From positions 118,856,001 through 118,920,000 of the forward strand of contig NC_086097.1 of NCBI RefSeq assembly GCF_963921235.1: a DNA stretch of 64,000 bases, given 5' to 3'. A program made the position numbers and the translations under genes. This DNA is from Mobula hypostoma (lineage: Eukaryota). Positions 34,415-46,706 of this stretch are shown here, piece by piece (position 1 is the first letter of the stretch; the number at the start of each line of letters is the position of its first letter). The notes under the pieces were generated by a model. That model saw only the letters and a list, made by a program, of their open reading frames with translations, was not told the origin of the DNA and made no database searches.

Positions 34415-34720
34415 ATCAAAGTTCAAAGTAAATTTATTATCAATGTACATATATATCACCATATACTACCCCGAGATTCATTTTCTTGCAGACATTCACA
34501 GAAGAACAAAGAAATACAATAGAATCAATAAGAAATAAACACACGCAAAGACTGACAACAACCCATGTGCAAAAGAAGATAAACTGTGCAAATACAAAAA
34601 GAAACAAATAATAAGTAAATAAAAAGCTAAACAAAAAATAACAAACAAACAGACAAATACATAGATAAACAAGTACTGAGAACATGAGTTGTAGCATACT
34701 TGTAAGGGAGTTTATAATTT
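34415..34720 (-). mobile_element. LINE 3' tail
   Basis: tcaaagttcaaagtaaatttattatcaatgtacatatatatcaccatatactaccccgagattcattttcttgc. Confidence 0.75.
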
Positions 34721-35744
34721 ATGGAAAAATCTCAATAGTTATTCAATCCGAAAGCAACAGCTCCAGTGTATGCTGTCTCTATTTATGTGTTTACTAAGCT
34801 TGTCTATTACAAACTATTCTTGCCAGTATTTCCCCTGACAGGCAAACTTACTGAAGTTTGAGAAGTTATTTTAGGCTCTTTCTCTTTTAAGTTCATTAAT
34901 TTTAGCATCCGCACTGCAACTTGTCAACCGATGTGTTGCAGAATTTATCCAATGAAATCTGAGCTGGAGCTCTAGGATAATCCATATGCATACAAAGTAC
35001 GTCATTAGAGTATGTCAGAGTTATTGAGGTGGAAATTCATCCTCGGTTGGGTGTGCTAAAGATAAGATATTCTAGCAGGTATGGATTACACTCTGCCTCT
35101 GAAATTCTGTCTCTTTTACTTGATTGGTCTATATTTTAGAACCAGAGTACAATACACAGTCAGTTGTAAATAATGCATTATTGCATGCATCCAAAGTTGT
35201 AGATTGACCTCTGTTGCATTCACTGTGCATAACTAGCTTGGCAATCATCAAAGGAGATTTTACATTACAGAGCAGAAATGTGCTTAAACACCCATGCATT
35301 AATTTTAAAGGATGGGAAATATTGATTGGTCCACTGATCTTCCAGTTTTTATTACGTTTCCAACATGCTTGCTTCTAACCCTAGCACATCAAACTTCAGG
35401 GAATGGTGTACATACCCTATAATTGTTAGTACATAATATAATAAAGCTCATAGTATGAGATAACAAATTGGAATTGAAGTTGACATAGACGTTATCAGGT
35501 TGTTTTCTGATTGGCAGCAAATAAAAGTAGTTGGGATTGATCTTGTGGCCTCAACTTTTCACACTGCTTGTATAAGGGGTTCAATGGCTTGGTTATGTCA
35601 TGTTCATTTCCAAAATTAGTTATCCAACTGTGCTGTAGTACAGGGAGAGAATAAAGGCAAACAGTGAGGAAAATATGAGGACACAGGAGGCCAAGAAATG
35701 CAGAACTTGCCCTTGGCAAGGAAAGTAAAACAATGAAGTTTTGG

Positions 35745-36410
35745 CCAGCATGCTGACACAGCAGTTAGAATAACACTATTACAGTGCCAACTCGTGGAAA
35801 AAAAAATACTGTCTGTCTTCTCTATCTGTGCCCCTCATAATCTTATAGACCTCTATCAAATCACCCTTCAGCCTTCGCCGCTCTTGTGTTGGCGCATGGC
35901 CAAGTGGTTAAGGCATTCGTCTAGTGATTTGTAGGTCGCTAGTTTGTGTCTTGGCTGAGGCAGTGTGTGTGTCCTTGAGCAAGGCACTTAACCACACATT
36001 GCTCTGCGACGACACCGGTGCCAAGCTGTATAGGTCCTAGTGCCCTTCCCTTGGACAACATCGGTGGCGTGGAGAGGGGAGACTTGCAGCATGGGCAACT
36101 GCCGGTCTTCCATACAACCTTGCCCAGGCCTGCGCCCTGGAAACCTTCCAAGGTGGAACTCTATGGTCTCATGAGACTAACGGGTGCCTATAAATAAAAT
36201 TACAGCACCAGTAACTTGGGTTCACTATTCTAGCACCAGAGGCCTAGGTTCATTTCCTGCTATTGCCTGTAAGGAATTTGTACATCCTCCCCATGACAAC
36301 ATGGGTTTCCTTTGGGCGCCCCACTTTCTTACCACATAAATGTAAATCAAGTGGGGTGGGCTCATTGGGCCAGAAGAGTCTGTTAGTGAGCTGTAAGTCT
36401 CTAGATTTCT
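35745..36410 (+). mobile_element. V-SINE interrupted by the chimeric insertion 35790-36198
   Basis: Head at 35745-35789 continues at 36211 (ggttcatttcc..ctgtaaggaatttgtac..tgggtttcc). Confidence 0.7.
35888..36198 (+). mobile_element. tRNA-derived CORE-like SINE
   Basis: A box tggccaagtgg and gtgtccttgagcaaggcacttaa; homologous to 16320-16632; A-rich tail. Confidence 0.85.
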
Positions 36411-36734
36411 AAATTAAAGACATACTTTAAATAGTTAAAAAAATACAGAAATCTGAAATGTGGAGAGAAAGGGGTTTGCAGATATGGGAAGTAATTATGA
36501 ATTTTTTTTAAATAAGTAAGTTAATAATTATTGTTCAGGATTTGAATAAAAAAGTAGTGCAGTTATGCCTCACTTTAGTGAGGGATCTCGGAAACACATC
36601 TGGATAAATGTGCACAGCATTATCTAAGGAAGGATGTAAATGCAAAGGAAGTATTCAGAAACTTGGGATGAACAGGGTGGCTAGTATTGTACCTGCTGAA
36701 GTTTAGAAGAATGAGAGGCTACTTTATTGAAACT

Positions 36735-37250
36735 CACTGAGTGGCCACTTTATTAGGTAGTCTGTATACCTGCTCGTTTTAGCAAATATCTAATCAGCCA
36801 ATTATGTGGCAGCAACTCTATGCATAAAAAGCATGCAGGCATGGTCAGGAGATTCAGTTGTTGTTCAGAATACACATCAGAATGGGGAAGAAATGAGATC
36901 TAAGTGACTTTAACTGTGGAGTGATATTGGTGCCAGGCGGGGTAGCATCAGTATCTCAAAAACTGATGATCCCCTAGAATTTATAGAGAACGGAGCAAAA
37001 GCAAACAAATATTCAGTGAGTGGCAGTTCTGTGAGTGAAATTACCTTGTTAGTGTGGTTAGAGAAGAATGGCCAGGTTGGTTCAAGTTGACAGGAAAGTG
37101 ACAGTAACTCAAGTAACTATGTGTTACAACAGTGGAGTGCAGAAGAGCCTCCCTGAATGCACAACATGTTGAACGTTGAAGTGGGTAGGCTACAGCAGTA
37201 GGAAACCACATCAGGTTCCAAGGTGTAGCTAATAAAGTGGGCAATGAGTG
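36735..37250 (+). mobile_element. Internally deleted Tc1-like element
   Basis: TIRs cactgagtggccactttattaggta / tagctaataaagtgggcaatgagtg followed by TA. Contains the start of a paired-like HTH transposase (MGKK*DLSDF). Confidence 0.8.
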
Positions 37251-37909
37251 TAAGAGCAAAGAAAGTTTTCACAAACCTGGCACAAGGTTTTTATGAGAAC
37301 ATTGTACGTGCTGGAGGCAGAAGAATGAAAGATTACTTGATTGAAATATATAAGGTACTGAGGGGTAGAACCTAGAACACAGAACATGGAACAATACAGC
37401 CCAGAAACAGGCCCCTTGGCTCACAATGATGACTACTTAAATTAGTAATCAAATGGCTATCTTAACTAATTGCCTCTGCCTACACAATGTCCATATCCTT
37501 CCATTTTCCTCACATTCATGTGCCTATCCAAGCATCTCTTAAAAGTTTCCAATGCATCTGCCTCTACCACCACCCAGGCACCCACCACTCACTGTGTAAA
37601 GATCTTGCCCCTCACATCTCCTTTGAAATTACCCTCTCTACCTCAAATATACCCACTGGTTTTAGATATTTGAACTCGTGGTAAAAAATACTGTCTGTCT
37701 GCTCTACCTGTGCCTCTCATAATCTTATAGACTTCTATCAAATCACCCTTCAGCCTTCGCCGCTCTTGAGAAAACAACCGCGGTTTGTCTCACCTCACAT
37801 TATAGCACATGTTCTCTAATCCAGGCAGCATCCTGGTAAACTTCTTCTACACCCTCTCCAAAGCCTCAACATCTTTCCTATAAAGGAGCGACCGAAACTG
37901 TATGCAATA

Positions 37910-38117
37910 AACACACACAAAACGCTGGAAGAACTCAGAACTCAGCAGGCCAGGCAGCATCTATGGAAAAGAGTAAACAGTCAATGTTTCGGGCCAAGTC
38001 CCCGTCATCAGGACTATTTACACTTTTCCATAGACACTGCTTGGCCTATTGAGTTCCTCTAGCATTTTAGGTGTGTTGCTTGGATTTCCAGCATGTGCAA
38101 ATTTTCTCTTGTCTGTG
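37910..38117. mobile_element. Fold-back PLE mini-element with hammerhead
   Basis: Inverted pLTR arms; minus-strand agtcCTGATGAcggggacttggcccGAAAcattgact (37979-38015); TSD actgta(t)gcaata at 37897-37909 / 38118-38129. Confidence 0.85.
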
Positions 38118-39153
38118 ACTGTAGCAATACTCCAGATGTGGCCCTGATAAGAGTCTTATAAAACTACAGAAACTTCCCAACTTTTGAACTCAGTGCCTCA
38201 ACTATTCAAGATAAGCATGCCATATGCCTTCGTAACCACCTTATCCACCAGTGTAGCCATTTTTTAGGGAGCTATGAACCTGGACCCCAGAATCCCTCTG
38301 TTCCCTCACTGGTAAGGGTCTTGCCCTTTACAGTGTACTGTCTCTTTATATTTGGCCTACCAAGATCCAACACTTCATATTTGGCCGGGTTAAACTCAGT
38401 CTGCCATTTCTCCATCCATAACTGCAAATGATCTATATTCAACTGTATTCTTTGCCAATCATCTACACTATTGACAACACCACCAATCTTTGAATCATCT
38501 ACAAAATGACAAATCCACCCATCTATATTCTCATCCAGGTCACCTATATGCATCACAAACAGCAGAAGTCCCAGTATAGATCCCTGCAGAATGTCTCTAA
38601 TCACAAACCTCTAGCTAGAATAAGGCCCTTCGACCACTACCCCTTACCTTCTATGGACGAACCAACTCTGAATCCAAATGGCCAATTTGCCATTGATCTC
38701 ATGCATCCTAATCTTCTGGATGAGCATCCCATGAGGGATGTTGTCAAACACCTTACTAAAATCCATGTAGACAACATCCACAGATTACATCTACATCAAT
38801 CACCCTTGTCACCTCATAAAAAAACTTAGTCATTAGTAAGACACAAAAATCTTAATCATTAGTAAGATACAACTTGCCGTGCACAAAACCATGCTGGTTC
38901 TCCTTTTTGGGTTACGGTTTTCCAAATGCTCACAAATCCTATCCCTAAGAAATTTCTTCAATAACTTCCCTGCCACTGACGCGAGATTAACCCATCTATA
39001 GTTTCCAGGACTACCCCTGGTTCCCTTCTTGAATAATGATACAACATTAGCTACTCCTCAGTCCTCTGGGACCTTGCCCATGTCTAGAGAGGACACAAAG
39101 ATATTGGTTAATATCTTCACACGTCTCTCAATAACCAGGGGTACACCCCATCA

Positions 39154-40834
39154 AAGTCCTGGGTATGACTCTAAACTGCAACAGGTGATGAGGCTCTGAT
39201 TGGGGATCTTCAGAGCTTTGGGAAAAGTGGAGTTACCCCTTAGTCATTCATTGCTCCCAGGGCCGCTCTGACCTGGAACAGTAGCACCTGCAAGGGTTCC
39301 TGCTCAGGATACGAGTGAAGGCCAACGGCAGATCCCGCAGGTTCAGTAACTGAACTTATGATGGAGAAGGCAGTTGAGCTAAGACCTCAAATGTCAATGG
39401 CTATAGTACAGGTGGATGAACATTTGGAAAGAGAAATGGCGATTTCTTTAGTTCGCCCAATGGTAGGCAATAGCAAACCACCGTTGCTAGATACTAGGTT
39501 TCCTAGAATCTATTTGCTAAGAAAACCATGGTCAAACTCACAAAATGTATCACACAACAACAGCATCAAGAGGATCTTCAAGACAGTTCTGAAGATGCTT
39601 CCCTCAGAAGGGTTGATTCTGGTCAGCAGGGGATCCCCCACCGTCATCAAGCTACTGCTCATAAAATTCAAGGAACACAGAAGAAATACTATATTGATGT
39701 TAAGGATACTATCAGAATGAGCTATTCAAGTGCAAAAAGATTTGTTTGTTTGTTTTATCGACTACACAAAAGCATTTGATAAAGTGAAGCACAATAAGTT
39801 ATTTGAAATATTACAGAGAAGTCTAGATCTAGATTCGGAAGACCTCTGCTTAATCAGAAATCTGTACTGGGAACAAACTGCCGCTGTAAGAATAGATGGA
39901 GAAGTGAGTCAGTTTATGAAAATCAAGAGAGGCGTTAGACAAGGGTGTGTTTTCTCCCCTGATTTATTTAATGTGTACAGTGAAACAATATTACAAAAAA
40001 TAAGATACATCTTGGGAATCAAAGTTGGAGGTGAAAACATCAATAATTTCAGATATGCAGATGACACTGTGTTACTTGCAAATACGGAGGAAGAACTACA
40101 AAACTTAATTGATATAATTTTTGAAGAAAGTGCAAACATGGGTCTATCTATCAATTTCAAAAAGACAGAATATATAGTGATATCCAAAAAGAAGAAGAAT
40201 CCTATCTGCAGGCTGAGAATAAACGGGGAAGACATAAAACAAGTACAGAAATTTTGCTACTTAGGAAGCTGGGTGATATCAGATGGCAGGTGCAACATGG
40301 ACATCAAAAGAAGAATAGGGATGGCAAAAGACACCTTTATGAGAATGAAGAGTATACTGACCAATACTAAACTACAACCCACCTCAGAGTACTGAGATGT
40401 TACGTTTATCCAGTTATGTTATATGGCTCAGAATGTTGGACAATATCTAGTAACATGAGGAATTGAATTGAAGCAGCAGAGATGTTGTTTTTGAGGAGGA
40501 TGCAAAGAATATCATGGATGAAACAGATATCTAACGAGGATGTCATGAACAGGGCAAACACAAAACGAGAAATAATGTTTGAGATCATGAAAAGGCAATG
40601 TAACTTCATTGGACATGTGACTAGGAAAGAAGAGTTAGAATGCACGGTAATTATGGGAAAGATTGAAGGGAAGAAAGCAAGAGGAAGACAAAGACAAATG
40701 ATGATGGAGACAGCAGCCAGAGAACTAGAAATGAATACCAATGAATTGATCCACTTGACTCGAAACAGGAGTGTGTGGGCCATGGCAGTCAAAGCTCAAA
40801 CTGGGCACGGCACCTGATGATGATGATGATGATG
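39154..40834 (+). mobile_element. RTE-clade LINE, internally deleted (5' end joined to RT 3' half)
   Basis: FIDYTKAFD, GVRQGCVFSP, FRYADD, YLGS, GKIEGKKARGRQR; (TGA)n tail; 11-bp TSD acaccccatca at 39143-39153 / 40835-40845. Confidence 0.92.
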
Positions 40835-42549
40835 ACACCCCATCAGGCTTTGGGGACTTGTTCAACTTAATGTTTTTAAAAGACCCAGTTCTACCTCCCG
40901 CTTTACATCAAAATGCCCTAGCATATTAATACTCTCAGCACTGATCTCCCTATACTCCACATCCTTCTCTTTGGTAAATATTGATGTAAGGTATTCATTA
41001 AGGATGTCATTTGCATCATCTGATCCAAGCAAATGTTCCCTTCTTTTTTCTTGAGTAGTCCTACCCTCTCCCTAGTTATCCTCTTGTTACTGATACACCA
41101 TGCGTATTCAATGCCTTGGGATTGTCTTTAATCCTACTTGCCAAGGACTTTTCATGGTCACTCCGGGGTTTCCTAATTCTCATCCTGAGTTCTTTTCTGG
41201 CTTCTTTATAATCCTCAATGGCTGAATTTGATACTAGCTTCCCAAGATTTGCATACTTTTCTCTTTACTTCCTGACTAAATTCATCACATCTCTCAATAT
41301 CCAAAATCCTCCTATCTTGTCATCCTTGTGCTTTCTTCTGACTGCAGCACACCTGTCCTCTATTCCGTTCAGTTAGTCTTTAAAAACTCCCCACCTGGCA
41401 GAAATGGACTCCCTCAAAAACAGCTATTCTCAATTAATTTTCCCTGGTGCCTGCCAAAGGCTCTCGTAATTTGCCCTGCTACAATTTAATGCTCTCCCTC
41501 AAGGTCAATACTTATCCTTTACCTATATCTACCTTAAAACTGAAAGAGACATGGCCACTGTTCCACAAATGCTCATCCACTGACAGGTCAATCACCTAGC
41601 CAGGCTCATTACTCAACGCCAGATGCAGTTCAGCCCCTCCTCAGGTTAGACTATCTACATATTGATTTAAGAAACTTTCCTGGATACAGCTAATTCTGTC
41701 CCACCTAAACCTTTTGCATTCAGAAAGCCCAGTATATATTAGGGAAATTGAAGTTCCTCATGACATCAACCTTATTGTTCTTATACATGCCTTAACCTGG
41801 CTGCATATCAGTTCCTCAGTGGTTATTAAATGATCTGTAGTACAATCCTGTCAGAGTGATAGCATCCTTCCTAATTTTGTGTTCTACCCATATAGACTCA
41901 ATGGAACATCCCTCTATTAAGTCTCCTCTGAGTCCAGCTGTGATATTATCCCTGATTTGCAATGCAACTCCCTCCCACTACACTTTTATCTCCCTCTCTA
42001 TCTTTTCTAAGAAACCCTGGAACATTAGACACCCATTTCTGTCCCTCTCTCAACCAATCCTCCCTGATGGCCACAATGCCATAGTTCCATGCACTGATCC
42101 ATGCTCCAAGTTCATTACCTTTACCCATAATACTCCTAGCATTAAAATACAGACTTCAAACTATTTATCCTATTGTATCCATTACTTTGCTCTTACCTGT
42201 TTGTTTTCTGACCCTGATATCAATCTTCTTCTCCACCCCTCCACTCTCTGACCTGGTACTCTAGTTCTCATCTCCCTGCTAAACTAATTTAAATCTTCCC
42301 GAGAGCACTAGTGAACCTCCCAACCTGGATATTGATTTCACTCCAGTTTAGGAGCAACACATACCACGTGTACAAGTCACACCTGCCTCAGAACAGGTTC
42401 CAATGCTCCAAGAACCTGAAACCCTGCCCCTGTTCCTCAGCCACTCATTCATCTGTACTAGTATCATCCTATTTCTGCGCTGATTAGTATGTGGCACCAG
42501 GAATAATTCAGAGGACTGTTCTTCATCTTCTTTCTTAGCTTCCTATACT

Positions 42550-43675
42550 CCCATTTGGATAAGCAGGTATCGTACAGCCCTCACTGCTGGGGGAAAAGCT
42601 CCATTCAATGCAGGTTGGCACTTCCATTGTATCCTGGATAATGGACTACCTGACTGGCAGAGCATAGTTTATGCAGCTTCAGAGCTGTGTGGCAGACATG
42701 GCAATAGGCAACACTGGGTTAAACAGGGGACTGTGTTGGTTCCCTTCCTGTTTATCCTGTATACCTCGGAAATTAGATACAACACTGAGTCATGTCATCT
42801 GCAGAAATTCTCTGATGACTCAACAATAGTTGGATCTTTACAGGGAGGATGGGAGGATGAATACAGGGCCCTGATAGAGGACTTTGTCAAATGGTGGAAG
42901 CTGAATCATCTGCAGCTCAACATTAGTAAGACAATGGATGTGATGATGGACTTTAGGAATGCTAAGCCTGCACTGCTCCCTGTTACTATCGATGGTGAGG
43001 ACATGGATATAATGAAGACCTGCAAGTATCTGGGGGTTCCCCAGGACGACAGACTTCAGTGGAGCACCAATATAGAGGCTGTGTACAAGGAGTGCCAGAG
43101 TCACCACTACTTCCTGCGAAGAATGACGTCCTTTGGAGTATGCAGCCCTCTCCTTCACCTGTTCTAGCAATCTATTGTCACCAGTACAGTCTTCAATGTG
43201 GTGGTGTGGCTAGGGCAATGACATCAACACAACTAATGCCAACAGGCTCAATAAACTGATTAGAAAGGCCGGCTCTGTTATAGGAATCAAACTGGACACA
43301 CTGGAGGGTGTGTTAGAACAAAGGACCCTACAGAAATTTCAGGCAGTTCTAGACAATGTTTCTCATCCTCTGCATGCTACCTTGGCTAAGCAGAGGAGCA
43401 CTTTTAGTAATAGACTAAGACAAATGCACTGTTTCAAAGAGTGTTATATGAGGTCATTCTTACCCTCGGCCATTAAGCTCTATAATGAGTCAACCTGTAG
43501 CCAGGGAAGTGATGACCCCCTCCTGTTAGACTGTTTGAATGAACTTATTTTTTATTCTTTCTTACTTCTCTTCTAATATTTGTGTATTTGTATGTCCATG
43601 CACTTGTAATGCTACGGTGACACTGTAATTTCCTTTGTGATCAATAAAGTCTCTATCTATTTATCTATTTATCTA
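42550..43675 (+). mobile_element. Rex1/Babar-like LINE 3' half
   Basis: PFLFILYT..HLQKFSDDS..LQLNISKT..KYLG..SHPLH..RSFLPSAIKLYN; AATAAA and (CTAT)n tail. Confidence 0.9.
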
Positions 43676-44644
43676 CTCTCTACTCTTCCGCCCTTTCTAG
43701 ATATATCATTGGTACCAATGTGCGCCATGACAGTCAGCTGCTCACACTCTCCATTGAGAATATTCTGCAGCCACTCTAAAGCACCCTGGACCCTAGCAGC
43801 TGGGAGCCCAGCATCTCTTTCAGGGCCACAGGATTTCCTGACCATGCCCCTAACCACTGAGACTCCTATCACAATTGTTCTGCTGACTTTATCCTTTCCT
43901 GCTAGGCATGAGAGCCAGTCATAGTGTCATTGACCTGACAGCTACTGCTGTGCCCTGATAAGTCATAGTCCCAATAGTATTCAAAGGAGTATACATGTTG
44001 CTGAAGGGAATGGCTGCAGGGGATCCCTGCATTGGCTGTTTACTTCCCTTACTTTTCTTGGTGGTCACCCATCTACTGTCTGGCGCCTGCACTCTGGGTG
44101 TGACCACCACAGTAGAAGTTTCACCTGTGAGGTTTTCAGCCTGCAGGATAGTCCTGAGCATATTCAGCTCCAGTTCATTGAGTGGGGCAGTCAGGAGCTG
44201 AAATTAGGTGCACTTCCTGAAGTTGTAGTCATCAGGGAGACTGTTAGATACCACAAAACCCCACATCTCACAGGAGGAGCATTCACTACTTTAACCATCC
44301 TGCCTACACTGAAGTAAGGACTAAAGATTTACAGACAAAAAAAGCTTATCTGTATCTTCAATCTGAAACCTTGAAGTTTCATACATATATAGGTCACTTG
44401 CACAGTCACTTCTCCAATTCTCATCAAACTTGCTGTATCTTTGCTCTAACTTAGCAAGTGCAAGTTCCACAATCAAAAATAACTGATAAAAATTGACTCA
44501 GCACCCTTAGACTTTGCTTGTTCCCGCCAAAGCCGGTTGAGTCAAAGCCTAACCACTCTAACACTGGCCCGCTCCCACAATGACAACTCCACTTACACCT
44601 CATTTCTTTTTATTGGCTCAAATAAAGCTCACTCTCACTTGCTA

Positions 44645-44970
44645 CTTTGAAGAATGATCTTGACATGCTGGACATAGACAGAATGCTTCCTTCTACAATT
44701 CTTGTAGAAGAATTGAAAACCAGGGATTCACTGTTTAAAAATTTGGAGGCACCCATTGGAATGAAGGAAAAAGGTGAGTTTTCTAAAAAGGTTTGAAGCT
44801 CTTGGATGTTTTATCCTCAAAGACCAGTAGAGAATTGTTTGATTGTGGTGGATTGATTCTCAAATGTTACATAGGGTGGGTGGAAATGTACAGCTGAGGT
44901 TCCAATCGCATCAGTTATCCTTCTCTTGAATGGCAAAGCAGACTCCACGGTTCAGCCGCCCTGTTCTTGC
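44645..44970 (+). mobile_element. Old CR1 3' remnant
   Basis: gacagaatgcttcc...aaaaccagggattcactgtttaaaa and CR1-type 3' UTR ttgaatggcaaagcagactc..ctgttcttgct. Confidence 0.5.
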
Positions 44971-45524
44971 TGTTAAATCACAATATTCAATATTCAGATC
45001 AACATTACTCATTCTTAAACTGATTTGAGCACCTCGTTCTGTTCCACTGTGTTTCCAGCTCTTCACTCAGAGGCTCTGTTTTACCAAAGTTTTCTCTCTG
45101 TTTGTGTATGCTCTCTGGTAGTTTTCCCCAGGTCCATTTGGGTATCACAATTTTTCAGTTAATGTAACGATTTCTTCCTTCAATTCCAACAGAAAATAGG
45201 CAAAACCTTTAGCAAAATGTAACGGCTAATTAATCTGAGCATCTGCTGCTTGATGGATTCAAGATTCATTATTCAAGATTGTTTAACGTTATTTACAGTA
45301 CGCAAGTGTAAAGGGGAACATAATAATTGTTCATCTGGATCTGATGCAGCATAAAAAAGGCACACTAAGATAAAAAACACAACAATGAAAAAAAAAACAA
45401 CAGGTAATAGTACATAAGGTAGCTTATCTACATAGAGCCCCAAAGGCTGTCCTTCTTTGGGATTGCATCAATTTTTCGGGTCCAGGATAGATTCTTGGAA
45501 ATGTTGAAGTTTAGGCACTTGAAG

Positions 45525-46701
45525 TGTCATGGTCCGGTCTGTGAAGTCCGCATTCTAGTTCATGGTCCGGTCCATGGACGCAGGACTCCGGGTCTTCCAG
45601 GTGTCCCTTGTTTGACTAAATCAAAGGCACCTGATTTCCATCTCTGGGCTTGCAATATAAGTAGCCTTGGGATTGAGTGTGGGCTGCTGGTTTGTCTTGT
45701 CAGTCCCTGTTGGAGTAAGCTGCTGATGAAACCATTTGTGATCTCTAGGCTTGGTTGGAGGACCACTGCTTCATGGAACCTTGTTGCCACTTGTTGGAGT
45801 AGTCTTTGTGGTCTGGATTTGGCTGTTTCCTGGGCCAGCTGAGTGGCTGCCAGCCACTCTGAGCTCGGTAGAGATCTGGCTGTTTCTGTAGCCAGCTGAG
45901 TTTGCTGCTGAACTGAGACTTGGAGCTACACTGGAGCAGAGATGGAACTGTCTGTTGTTCTTTGGTGTTTGTCTCTTCTTGTCCTTGCCTCTGTGAGGTA
46001 AATCAGGCTGTCTTTTCTGTTGCCCTGTGGGGGGTCATATCTTGTCTTGTCTTTGCCTCTGTAAGTCTGGCTGTCCTGCTGTTACCCAACAGGTGGACAT
46101 GTCCGACCTTGGTGTGGAGATGAAGTTGAGTCCCAGCTTGTTGTAGGATTAATTCTGGCTCTATGTCTATATTCTGTCCTGTCTCATGTTAGTGTTGTGT
46201 TAAAGATGAGTCCTGGCTTGTTGAAGGATAAGTCCTGGCTCTATGTTGATGTTCAGTTCTCAGTCTGTCTCTCAGCTCCAGCCTCTGAGTTACCAGCCTC
46301 CACATTTCAAGATGAAGATCCCGCAAGCAAGCTCCAAGACCCCCAGCCTCGAGGATCCTGCAGTCAAGCTCCAAGACCCCCAGCCTCAAGGATCCCGCAG
46401 GCAAGCTCAAGACCCAAGACCCCAGCCGGCAGCCAAGTCATGTCCTTGCCTGGTTCTGTGGTCCGAGCCCGAGGCAAGACCTAGTTTCTGGGTCCTTGTC
46501 CAGTCTCGGGCTCGGAGTCCAAGCCTTGTCTCCTAGTCCATGGTTCCTAGTCCTGGTCCCGCTTTCCCTAGCCCAAGTCTACGCTCTTGTCCCTGCTCCT
46601 TGCCTGAATCCTGTCATGTCTTTACTCTAGTCAAGTCCTGATCCTTGTACTTCAGTATCTGTGTCTTGCATTTGGGTCTGTTCCTAGCACCCCATGTGAC
46701 A
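45525..46701 (+). mobile_element. Solo LTR (Gypsy-type), 1177 bp
   Basis: TGTCA...TGACA termini; 5-bp TSD tgaag at 45520-45524 and 46702-46706; TATA-like aatataag at about 45654. Confidence 0.9.
46310..46430 (+). repeat. About 35-bp minisatellite inside the solo LTR
   Basis: gatcccgcaagcaagctccaagacccccagcctc(g/a)ag repeated about 3 times. Confidence 0.8.
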
Positions 46702-46706
46702 TGAAG

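Larger units (their letters stand above)
37365..44640 (-). mobile_element. Older near full-length CR1 LINE split by three insertions (37910-38117, 39154-40834, about 42550-43675)
   Basis: 3' tail at 37365; RT (QGSILG..FVDDSKIGG) 38272-38604; APE (WNYGIVAIREDWL) about 42000-42130; esterase ORF1 (LPAARV..AHIGTND) 43669-43872. Confidence 0.85.

Noticed and set aside
35888..35960. tRNA gene
   Set aside because: The A-box-bearing head continues into a SINE body, the B box is degenerate, and no cloverleaf or terminator is evident. The same applies to 16560-16632 and the V-SINE heads.
40815..40834. CTGATGA as a hammerhead core or snoRNA box
   Set aside because: It is the (TGA)n tail of the RTE element, with no stems or GAAA.
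46310..46430. CRISPR-like repeat array
   Set aside because: The units are head-to-tail with no unique spacers, lie inside an LTR, and are in a eukaryotic context.
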